DNA from: an uncultured Bdellovibrionales bacterium
GTDB taxonomy: Bacteria; Bdellovibrionota_C; UBA2361; SZUA-149; CALKYB01
Assembly (NCBI GenBank): GCA_964510575.1
Contig: CAZECN010000001.1
Location: 2,131-66,130 of the forward strand
Direction of reading: 5' to 3'
Length of the DNA: 64,000 nucleotides
Shown: positions 11,477 to 19,565 of the stretch, piece by piece
Numbering within the stretch: position 1 is the first letter of the stretch
Layout of the letters: each line of letters opens with the position of its first letter
The notes under the pieces: model-generated
What the model saw: only the letters and a program-made list of their open reading frames with translations
Databases searched by the model: none
What the model was told of the DNA's origin: nothing
Translations under genes and position numbers: made by a program

Positions 11477-11589
11477 AGTTCCTTTGGTCTGTTTGGCTTA
11501 ATGAATATACTGAAACCAGTTTAAATTCCGTGTCTGGCAGTGCTACGCACTTTATACCCCTTTACGACAGGTACAGAAAAAGCCAGAAT

Positions 11590-11925
11590 TTAAAGTAGAC
11601 GGGGTATATACTGCGCCTCATTTAAATTTCGGTTTAGCTAGACTAAGCATGGGCGCAGTATAAAGCCGAACTTTTAGTTCTGCCAAAAGACCATAGACTC
11701 AACCTCCAAGTATGCTTTTCAAGGCCTTTAGGCCTTGTCTGATTTTACTATCATTCAGAAAAACATGGGTAGGGTATTTGAACACTCTACTGGAAAAACG
11801 CTAGTCGCGTTTTACAGAGTTTTAGACGCAGTATCTGTCTTATGGCCATGCTAGCGCATGGCCGATATACTCAACCCTGCTAAACGCATAAAGGACCAAA
11901 TTTAAATCAGGTTGAGTATATAAGT
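11590..11925. repeat. Copy A of a roughly 330-bp noncoding repeat element, in an intergenic leader upstream of the 12024 gene
   Basis: Aligns block by block with the reverse complement of 19215-19535 at about 85% identity. Contains TATATACTGCGCC (11605-11617) / GGCGCAGTATAA (11652-11663), the perfect 20-nt palindrome GGCCATGCTAGCGCATGGCC (11844-11863), and TATACTCAACC (11866-11876) / GGTTGAGTATATA (11910-11922). Confidence 0.8.
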
Positions 11926-12023
11926 TTAAAGTCTTTTACCGTTGCCAAAACTTTGGCCCCATCTGATATTGACTATATCCAGTGGTTTAATTGAGCAGTG
12001 ATAAATAAGAGATAGGAACTTTT

Positions 12024-13322
12024 TTGAATTTAGCTTTAACTGATAGTTTTATCACGGATCTAGTTAATTCTAAGCGTTTGATTTATCGCTTTGTTCGAAT
12101 TTTACTGTTCTTACTATTTGCAGCACTGGCAATAGATAACTTTCGAGCTGGGATGGATTCCCTGCAAGAAAGACATGTGTTTGGAAAAGATTTTTTGCAA
12201 GAGTACTTGCTTGCTGTTGCTACTGTTAGAGGAGAGGATCCATATCAATCAGTTTCACAATTAGAGAAAAAGTTTCTTAATATTGCAGGAGAGACCAATG
12301 TTTTTCCACATGCGACCCCTCACCCTCCCTCTTTAATTCCTTATATTCTTTGGATGGAGAAGTTTGATTACTTCACCATGGCTAGTTTTTGGATGGTAGC
12401 AGAGGTTTTAATGACTTTTACTTCTGTCTTTTTTTGTTGGAGATATCTTTCTTTGACGAAGATTAGCCCATATTCACTTTTTTCTTTCCTCGCCTTTGTT
12501 GCAGGCTCTCAAGTCTTTAGAAGTGAATTAATATCTGGCCAACTAAATTCCGTCTTATTGCTTCTTGTTACAGGAATGCTGATCTTTGAAGATAGAAAGA
12601 AAGATCTTCTAGCTGGCACTTGTTTAGGCTTATGCCTTTCAATAAAATTTTTTGGAATTGCTTTTCTCGTATTCTACTTGCTTAAGCGTAAATTTAAATT
12701 AGTTATTGTTAGCGTATTAATTTTCTTATTTAGCTTGGGAGTGAGCTCTGTTCTTATTTCAGTGGAGACAACTTTTGATTATTTTATTTCAATTGCTCCT
12801 CAAGTCTCCAAGCTTTACCAAGGAGATAGTCATAATTTTTCTCCACTAGTTCTTCCTCAAAGAATATTTGAAGGAACCCATTCGCTAGTATCTACGAAGA
12901 ATAAGGCAATAGAACCGTTGGTTTTATTGCCTAGCCTAATTGAACCACTAAAATATCTTTTGGCATTATTTTTACTACTTGTCTCTTTATTACAAGCTGT
13001 CAGTGAAAAAGAGAGAAGGCTTCAAATTCCCAGCTTGATAGTTGGAAGTTTGGCGGTCTTCCCTAATCTTTGGGAGCATAGTCTCCTTGTTTTAATTCCA
13101 GTTTTATTGCCGACCTGGTCGAATAGCTCAAGAATCAAGCTAAGTGAAGTTTTAATACTAGTTCTTTTCTTTTTTGGTAACTTTGGTTTGTATTTTTATG
13201 ATAAAAGTTCACTTGGTTTTTGGGAAGGCTTGGTGACTTTAATTCCAACTGCTATTCTTATAGCTGTTATCCTGAATAGATCGGAAACCTTTTTCAGAAA
13301 TGAAAAAGATATTATCTCTTAG
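12024..13322 (+). CDS. Polytopic membrane protein, possibly a GT-C-fold glycosyltransferase (DUF2029/PMT-like)
   Basis: 432 aa with more than 10 predicted TM helices. TTG start. Sits in the island with LtaS-like enzymes. No diagnostic motif could be verified. Confidence 0.4.
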   Translation: MNLALTDSFITDLVNSKRLIYRFVRILLFLLFAALAIDNFRAGMDSLQERHVFGKDFLQEYLLAVATVRGEDPYQSVSQLEKKFLNIAGETNVFPHATPHPPSLIPYILWMEKFDYFTMASFWMVAEVLMTFTSVFFCWRYLSLTKISPYSLFSFLAFVAGSQVFRSELISGQLNSVLLLLVTGMLIFEDRKKDLLAGTCLGLCLSIKFFGIAFLVFYLLKRKFKLVIVSVLIFLFSLGVSSVLISVETTFDYFISIAPQVSKLYQGDSHNFSPLVLPQRIFEGTHSLVSTKNKAIEPLVLLPSLIEPLKYLLALFLLLVSLLQAVSEKERRLQIPSLIVGSLAVFPNLWEHSLLVLIPVLLPTWSNSSRIKLSEVLILVLFFFGNFGLYFYDKSSLGFWEGLVTLIPTAILIAVILNRSETFFRNEKDIIS

Positions 13323-13498
13323 CTTGCGAGATACTTTTCTATTTTTCGCTTTTTATTTCCTCGACTTAAACAGGCTCTTTTAGGTATTCTTTGTAGTAAG
13401 GCTTAAATGCTCTATGACTGAAGACTTGTCTCTAAGCTAATGCGGTCTTATGGCAAAAAATCACTATTCACCTCAATTTTTTAGTCTTTCTGATCGTT

Positions 13499-14725
13499 AT
13501 GAGTGAGCTTCATCTATTCAAACTAAATATCGAAAACAGAGAAACTAGTATTCAGGCAGTCTTATTGTGTTTATTCTACTTAGTCTTAAGTTTTTTCATC
13601 TTACGCGCGAAAACTGTTACCCAGGACACTTATATTCCCAAAAATCCCAGAGGACAGCTGGTTAAAACAGCTATTTCTTTTGCAGATGGCGAGGGTCTTT
13701 ATCAGAAAAGATTTCAAGACTTAGATAAAGCTTTATCAACTTATACCTCAGGCCCTGGTCAGTCTTATCTCCAGAGTGAACTACCATTTAATAGTTCTCC
13801 CTCAACTTGGGAGCCAAGTTTGTATCAAGATATATTTTCTGTTTCCACTAGTGGAAAACTAACTCCGAAACATCCTTGGTTTGTTTCATTAGTAGCCAGC
13901 CCTTTTTACTCAATTGCAGGTCTTCCAGGGGTTTGGTTTTTTAACCAGCTTTTGCTAGCAGGTTTTTTTGTTTCTGGCTTTTTACTTCTTCGTGAGCACG
14001 ATAAAAGTCTATTTCCTTTCATCTTTGCTTTTTCTTTCCCTTTACTTTTGTTTCAAACAGTTTTTTTTGCGAGGGCTGGACTTAGTCACGATTTGTTCGC
14101 AGCTTTTACAATTGTCTTAGCTTTTGCCGCAGTAAGAACATGCCCTTCTTTAGCGATGTTATTATTTGGAATTAGTGCTTATTGTAGAGTAACTAACTTA
14201 TCTTTCTTGCCTTTTTTGTTGATTTATAATCATTTCGGAGAAAATAGATCACTAGCCTCTTTGCACCAGAAATTAAGAAGTTTCACTGTATTGTTCATTG
14301 TAGTTTTACCATTATTTCTAACCAACCTAATCATTTGGGGTTCACCGATTTCAGGGTCTTATTCCAGACTTCCAGTTTATGAACATGGAGAGAGAGTTTT
14401 TGGTCACTCAAAGAATGACCACTTTTTTGATTTTAAAATCGCGATAGATCATGGGATGTCCAGGGTCACAGAGGGGAGGGATGGTCTTTTAAGAAATTTG
14501 CCGATTTTCATTTTTACCTTTCCTTTGGCTATGCTTCTTTTTTGGCTTGGTAAAAAGCGGGATTTTTATCTCCTTTTTGGGGCGGCAGTGTTTCAAAGCT
14601 TACTTTATTTGAGCTTCAACCACTGGGAGGGTGCTGTCGGATGGCGTTTTGTTTTAGTGGCTGGAATGTTTATGGCTGTGGTACTCGGTCGATGCATTGG
14701 GGATATTTGTTCTTCTAGAGTCTGA
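13499..14725 (+). CDS. Polytopic membrane protein of unknown function (possible GT-C-like)
   Basis: 408 aa, multiple TM helices, same strand as and downstream of 12024..13322. Confidence 0.4.
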   Translation: MSELHLFKLNIENRETSIQAVLLCLFYLVLSFFILRAKTVTQDTYIPKNPRGQLVKTAISFADGEGLYQKRFQDLDKALSTYTSGPGQSYLQSELPFNSSPSTWEPSLYQDIFSVSTSGKLTPKHPWFVSLVASPFYSIAGLPGVWFFNQLLLAGFFVSGFLLLREHDKSLFPFIFAFSFPLLLFQTVFFARAGLSHDLFAAFTIVLAFAAVRTCPSLAMLLFGISAYCRVTNLSFLPFLLIYNHFGENRSLASLHQKLRSFTVLFIVVLPLFLTNLIIWGSPISGSYSRLPVYEHGERVFGHSKNDHFFDFKIAIDHGMSRVTEGRDGLLRNLPIFIFTFPLAMLLFWLGKKRDFYLLFGAAVFQSLLYLSFNHWEGAVGWRFVLVAGMFMAVVLGRCIGDICSSRV

Positions 14726-14976
14726 AGCAGCACAAAATAATTGTAGGTGAAAAGTTGGTTTTCGTTTTGATTTCTTAGTATTACTTTAACATTACATTTT
14801 TATAAAATAACTCGTGAGCTTTTGGCTAAGGGTGCCGTCGGTATTACCTTCTTTGATTATTTTGTTATCAATTATAGTTAAAAACAGCCATTCCTCGTTG
14901 ATAAATCAATAGAAATAAAAATCGTACCTTATGTAAATGAATAGAGGGTAAAAAATCAATTCAGTAGATCGGAGAA

Positions 14977-17001
14977 CTATTCACTGAAGCTTGGTTTCTC
15001 CACCGCCACAATAGAATTGTGTTGAGGAGGAAAGTAGTTTTTCCTTTCAAAGACAGGCAAGTGTTTGTAGTATGTCAGTTGCTTATTTTCAAACAAAGTG
15101 AGTATTTCGGATAACTTCTCATATACTTCTGGGTTCTTTAGTTGATTTCTTTCGTGAGGATCTGAGGCTATATTGAATAAACGCTCACCTCGCCCTCTAT
15201 AATTCCTAGTTAACTTGAAAGGATAGTAAATTAGAGCTGACTCATCGGTGATTGATTGATTCGTGGTATAAATCGTCCTAGCCGGCTTTGCTTGCTGATC
15301 TGCTTCTCTTAAGAGACTTTGTCCTTGATGGTTTGGATGAGGCTCAAGACCTGCAAGATGTAATATTGTAGGAGGTAAGTCTATATGCCCGACTGGGAGA
15401 CTTACCGTGTGTCGAGGTTTAAAGTTGGCTGTGCTGCTAAATATTATGGGCACGTTAATTGCTTCTTCATAAAGGTAAGAAGCATGGTTTGCAATACCAT
15501 GCTCGTTGAACATGCTTCCATGATCTCCAGTAATCAAAAGAATTGTATTGGAAGGCAGTGTTCGAGCGAACTTTTCTATGATTTCATCTAGGTAGTTTAA
15601 ACAGTTCCAGTAACGGTTTTGCATTGTAGCTGTAAGTCTATCGGGATAGTAGACAAAGCCAGGAATTCTTGAAATTTCGGTTGGTTGAAAATTAGTTCTA
15701 CTAGTTCTATTTTGATTGAATGGAAAATGAGTTGAGTACAAATATGCCATAGCAAATACAGGCTTGTTTTCTGAACCGCTCTCTTTAACGAAGTCCTGGA
15801 TTAAGCTTAGCTTTTTTTCGTCAGAGCCTGCTAAGTCTTGTCTATGAGTTTCCTCAGCAGAATGCCCTTTATCCTGCCCCCTAGTTTTTTCTTCAGTTGA
15901 AATAGTAGGATCGAAATATAAATTTAATCTAGGAGAATCTGTAACTCGCCGAGTAACTTGCCACTGTTCAGCGAGAAGGGCTGAGTTATACCCAGATTCA
16001 CTAAGAAGGTCGTATATCCGGGTAAAAGGATAGTCTAGCGATAAGTGGGCATCCTTTTTTATATCTTTGAGTGGATATAGACCGGTGATCAGAGTGGTAA
16101 AACTATCCCCTGTATCAGCTGCTTGAGAATATCCTTTTGGGAAAAAAAGTCCGGTTTGAGAAAGTTTATTTAGGTAGGGCATTATATCTTGCCCTTCTAC
16201 CTTTTTACCTATGACGTCAGCACGTAAAGCCTCAACAACTAAAAATATAATATTAGGCCTGTTTTCAAAGGGGATTGATGGAGAGTAACTATATTCTTTG
16301 TTTGCGGGCACTAAATCTAGATTGACAGTTTGAATTTTTCGACTAGAGCTATCGTAAAGAAATTCTCCAAATAGGCTAAGGGAAGGGAGAGAGTAGTGAT
16401 TTACTAAAAGTCCGAGTTGGCCAATTTGGTTGGGAGACATTCTCGACTTATTATTTTGGATAAAAATTAAATTAGTTGCTAGAAGAGTAACCAAAAGAAA
16501 AATCTTTGGTTTTAGTGAGCTGTTCTTTTTCGAAAAAAAACATGAAAAGTAGACTAGGGTAACCGCTGTTAAGGGAATGGTCAGTGCGAATAATATTTCT
16601 CTCGCAGATAAAAGATCGAGTAGTTGGCTAATATCCAGCAGAAATAAAGATAAGAATAAGTCGCTTTGATGTAGAAAGCTTCCTGAAAAATACCACTTAG
16701 CCCAACTTGCCCAACTAGTTATAAGCCAAAGGCACATAATTATAGCGGGAAAAAGACCTACTATCTTGACTAAAAAGCCTTGGGAGTCCTGTAAAAGTTT
16801 TTTTATTATAGAAGCTAGAATCGATAGAAGGAGTAGTTCAATCACTAGAGCGGTGAATACATGATTATGGCACGCAAAGTAGGCTTTGGCTTCTATGGCC
16901 AACCAGCTTGTTTCTTCTAGTTGTTGCTTTCTAAACCAGATGGATGGCAAGAGTGTTGCTGAAAATAAAACGAGATACTTTAGGTAGGTCTTAGTTCTCA
17001 T
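14977..17001 (-). CDS. Membrane-anchored alkaline-phosphatase-superfamily enzyme (LtaS/EptA/OpgB-like)
   Basis: About 230 aa of N-terminal TM region, then a sulfatase-fold domain: NIIFLVVEALRAD, TGDSFTTLITGLYP (Thr in place of the FGly Cys), LLITGDHG. Confidence 0.7.
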   Translation of the reverse strand: MRTKTYLKYLVLFSATLLPSIWFRKQQLEETSWLAIEAKAYFACHNHVFTALVIELLLLSILASIIKKLLQDSQGFLVKIVGLFPAIIMCLWLITSWASWAKWYFSGSFLHQSDLFLSLFLLDISQLLDLLSAREILFALTIPLTAVTLVYFSCFFSKKNSSLKPKIFLLVTLLATNLIFIQNNKSRMSPNQIGQLGLLVNHYSLPSLSLFGEFLYDSSSRKIQTVNLDLVPANKEYSYSPSIPFENRPNIIFLVVEALRADVIGKKVEGQDIMPYLNKLSQTGLFFPKGYSQAADTGDSFTTLITGLYPLKDIKKDAHLSLDYPFTRIYDLLSESGYNSALLAEQWQVTRRVTDSPRLNLYFDPTISTEEKTRGQDKGHSAEETHRQDLAGSDEKKLSLIQDFVKESGSENKPVFAMAYLYSTHFPFNQNRTSRTNFQPTEISRIPGFVYYPDRLTATMQNRYWNCLNYLDEIIEKFARTLPSNTILLITGDHGSMFNEHGIANHASYLYEEAINVPIIFSSTANFKPRHTVSLPVGHIDLPPTILHLAGLEPHPNHQGQSLLREADQQAKPARTIYTTNQSITDESALIYYPFKLTRNYRGRGERLFNIASDPHERNQLKNPEVYEKLSEILTLFENKQLTYYKHLPVFERKNYFPPQHNSIVAVEKPSFSE

Positions 17002-17208
17002 AAAAGAGTTAAGGCAGATTAACTAATAATATATCAACCTAGCTTATATTTCGCTTTTCAGAGGTCTGGTTGAGGGTACAATCAATGGGTCAGCACTGCT
17101 ATTAGATAACTATACTTCGTCAAAAGATGCTGCAAGTCTAAAGGACTTGGCAAGAAAAGGGTTTTTTATTGGAGAAAAGTCACTATATCACTCGTAGCGA
17201 GTTTTTCT

Positions 17209-17781
17209 TTATCCTATTTTATAGTTTAGGCACATTTTTCTACTTTTAAATTTTTTTTGAAGAGAAACTTTAAAACCGTCTTTCTTCAACTCTAGTGTCT
17301 CCTGGTGGTCGGATTGACTATGCTCCCAAACCAAGTGGACAGGGTAGGCTAGTGATATTTCTTTCATAAAACCCTCTTCCCTAAAATTTAGTAAATACCA
17401 CTCCCACTCCAGCCGAGCTAACTCTGGCAGATAGAACAAAGACTTAGCCTCAGGTCTAACTTCAGTCAGCTCTTCTAGGTAGCTTTCAAATCGATCACCG
17501 TATTGATTTAGATCAGGCTCATCTGGGGGAAATTTATGAAAGTAGTCTGCCGCGATTTGTTTGAAGTAATCTTCTCCAACAACTTTGCAGCAGGCGGGAA
17601 AGGTATCTTTTAGCGCTCCATAAAGGTTGGAGCGAACAGTCTGGCGATAGATGCTGATTTGTTTTTGAGGAGAACGCTTTCCTCCACTGGGAAAGAGGTC
17701 TAGCACTCCTGTCTCCTCATTAAGCCTGGGAGAGACAATAGCTCCTTTAATAAGAGCTTGGATTTCAGCCAGTCGCTTCAT
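17209..17781 (-). CDS. DUF2063-family protein (BufC/MbnC-like partner of MNIO enzymes)
   Basis: The N-terminal domain matches the DUF2063 pattern (IQALIKGAI...YRQTVRSNLYGALKDTFPACCKVVGEDYFKQIAADYF). Overlaps the upstream DUF692 gene by 17 nt. Confidence 0.6.
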   Translation of the reverse strand: MKRLAEIQALIKGAIVSPRLNEETGVLDLFPSGGKRSPQKQISIYRQTVRSNLYGALKDTFPACCKVVGEDYFKQIAADYFHKFPPDEPDLNQYGDRFESYLEELTEVRPEAKSLFYLPELARLEWEWYLLNFREEGFMKEISLAYPVHLVWEHSQSDHQETLELKKDGFKVSLQKKFKSRKMCLNYKIG

Positions 17782-18631
17782 GAAGCAGAGGCTGAGGGTT
17801 TAGTATCTGGTCTGCCTTGGAAGCTTCACAAGCGAGCACTGAAAATTCAGGAATATCGTTGTCCCACTCAATTAAAGAAGGAGTATCCCCACAATGTTCA
17901 ATTGCTGCTCTGTATATCTCCCAAACATCGTCTGGAACTTCCCGACTGTGAGTGTCGAGCATATAACCATCTCGCTCTTCTCCACCAGCTAAGTGAATCT
18001 CGCCAACCCTTTCTGCTGGGATGGAGCGAATATAATCCATGGCTTTGTCTCCATGGTTATACTGGCTAACGTAGATATTGTTTACATCTAGCAAAATACC
18101 GCAGTCAGCTTTTTCAGCCACGGCAGAGATAAACTCAGCCTCAGGCATTTGAGACTCTTTAAAAGTTAAGTAACTTGAAACGTTTTCAATCAATAACTTA
18201 CGTCCGAGAAAATCCTGAATTTCAGAGATTCTACCAGCAACGTGATTGATCGTCTCTTCAGTGTAGGGCAGGGGAAGTAGGTCATGAAAGTTGACCCCAT
18301 GGGCAGATGTCCAGCAAAGGTGTTCTGAGACCCATGCGGGTTGGAAGCGGTCAGCTAGAGCCTTTATTTTACCAACATAGTCCCAGTTTATAGGGTCAGT
18401 TGAGCCAACTGACATACCAACGCTGTGCATGGTAATTGGATAATGAGAACGTATTTGTTCAAGGTCAGCTAGAGCTTCACCTTCCGGGCCAAAGTAATTA
18501 TCAGTGAGAACTTCAAACCAGTTTATGTCTGGCTTATGCTCTAAAACGAAATCTAAGTGTTGGGGGCGCAGACCGATACCGGCTCCCGATACCGGCCTGC
18601 TTGATAATTGGTAATGAGTATTATTCTTCAT
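17765..18631 (-). CDS. DUF692 / MNIO (multinuclear non-heme iron oxidative) enzyme, BufB/MbnB-like
   Basis: GAGIGLRPQH... WVSEHLCW... LLPLPYTEE... LLIENVSSY... GCGILLDVNNIYVS... EIHLAGG... LIEWDNDIP. These are the full set of conserved DUF692 blocks. Confidence 0.8.
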   Translation of the reverse strand: MKNNTHYQLSSRPVSGAGIGLRPQHLDFVLEHKPDINWFEVLTDNYFGPEGEALADLEQIRSHYPITMHSVGMSVGSTDPINWDYVGKIKALADRFQPAWVSEHLCWTSAHGVNFHDLLPLPYTEETINHVAGRISEIQDFLGRKLLIENVSSYLTFKESQMPEAEFISAVAEKADCGILLDVNNIYVSQYNHGDKAMDYIRSIPAERVGEIHLAGGEERDGYMLDTHSREVPDDVWEIYRAAIEHCGDTPSLIEWDNDIPEFSVLACEASKADQILNPQPLLHEATG

Positions 18632-18649
18632 TACTAAGGATTGACTAAT

Positions 18650-19075
18650 TTACTTAGTCATATCTCCCATTATTTTGTCAGACATTTTATCGACCATGTC
18701 AGTTGTTTTATCTGCCATTTTGCCGGTCATGGCTTTAGTTTTATCAGTCATGGCAGCAGCTTTGTCGGTCATTTTATCAGCCATGCCTGCAGCAGGTTTT
18801 TCCCCTACAACTTTAGCTCCAACGATCTTGTCGCAAGCGCCTTTAGGAAGATAAAGCCATTCAGTTGGGTCGGAGTCCTTGTCAGCTTTACCAGAGCAGC
18901 TGTGACGGCCATCAGTTGAGCCACAATCGTTTTTTCCAGCCTTAGAGACACCAGCGCATTTTTCCCATGCTGTTGGAGCACCTGGAACACCAGCTTGAGC
19001 TTCACCAGCAAGAGATAAAGTAAGGGCTCCAGCAGCTGCTAGTCCTAGAAGAGTTGAGTCTTTTTTAATAGTCAT
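18650..19075 (-). CDS. DUF2282-family (bufferin-like) RiPP precursor: Sec signal peptide, 4-Cys core, C-terminal Met-rich repeat tail
   Basis: Signal peptide MTIKKDSTLLGLAAAGALTLSLAGEAQA. The core WEKCAGVSKAGKNDCGSTDGRHSCSG...DPTEWLYLPKGACDKIVG matches the DUF2282 consensus. The tail GMADKMTDKAAAMTDKTKAMTGKMADKTTDMVDKMSDKIMGDMTK has 9 Met in 44 aa. The gene lies 19 bp upstream of the MNIO gene. Confidence 0.75.
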   Translation of the reverse strand: MTIKKDSTLLGLAAAGALTLSLAGEAQAGVPGAPTAWEKCAGVSKAGKNDCGSTDGRHSCSGKADKDSDPTEWLYLPKGACDKIVGAKVVGEKPAAGMADKMTDKAAAMTDKTKAMTGKMADKTTDMVDKMSDKIMGDMTK

Positions 19076-19214
19076 TAAATTTATGCTCCAAAAGTGGTGA
19101 GTGCTTGCTATTCAGAACACCCACTTCAAATTAGCCAATATATTACTGCTTTGGACGATTACTTCGTAAGGTTAGTTAACCCGTTATAAGTTAATTTTTC
19201 AAATTTTTAAGCTC

Positions 19215-19535
19215 TTCAGGTGATATACTCAACCTACTTTAAATTTCGTCTTTTAAGGATGTGACCGGGTTGAGTATATTCGCCATGCGTTAGCATGGCC
19301 AAGAGACCAATACTGCGCCTGAAGCTCTCTAAAACGCGACCAGCGTTTTTCTATTAGAGTCTCCAAATACCTCGATTCTCTGGATTAGTAATTAATTTAG
19401 ACAAGACCTAAAGGTCTTGAAAAGCATATTTAGAGGTTGAGTATATGGTTTTTTGGCCTCGCCTGCGCTCGGCTCTATACTGCGCCTATCCTCAATCTAT
19501 CAAAACCTAAATTTCAATGAGGCGCAGTATCTTTG
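19215..19535. repeat. Copy B (inverted) of the roughly 330-bp noncoding repeat element, upstream of the bufferin-like operon and downstream of pstB
   Basis: Reverse complement of copy A. Motifs: GATATACTCAACC 19222-19234, GGGTTGAGTATAT 19267-19279, palindrome 19282-19300, ATACTGCGCC 19309-19319, GGTTGAGTATATGG 19435-19448, TATACTGCGCC 19486-19496, GGCGCAGTATC 19521-19531. Confidence 0.8.
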
Positions 19536-19565
19536 TTGAGCCGTACGAATCAAGGGTTTATGGCC

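Noticed and set aside
18650-18800. Tandem degenerate DNA repeats (tttatcNNcat units), considered as a CRISPR or VNTR array
   Set aside because: The units are in-frame coding repeats for the M-x-D-K tail. There are no regular spacer/repeat periodicity and no cas genes.
18641-18919. His-rich 92-aa ORF (+ strand) overlapping the Met-rich repeat
   Set aside because: It is the antisense reading of the repeat. The minus-strand frame has a clean Sec signal peptide, a DUF2282 core and tight operon linkage to the MNIO gene, so the plus-strand ORF is a shadow.
11590-19535. Inverted 330-bp repeats considered as the terminal repeats of a composite transposon or IS
   Set aside because: No transposase, integrase or target-site duplication was recognised. 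The repeats are far longer than typical IS terminal inverted repeats and are positioned as 5' leaders of two operons. The mobile-element interpretation is kept only as an alternative in the findings.
19076-19565. phoU expected downstream of pstB
   Set aside because: No ORF with PhoU-like helical repeats. The space is occupied by repeat element copy B.
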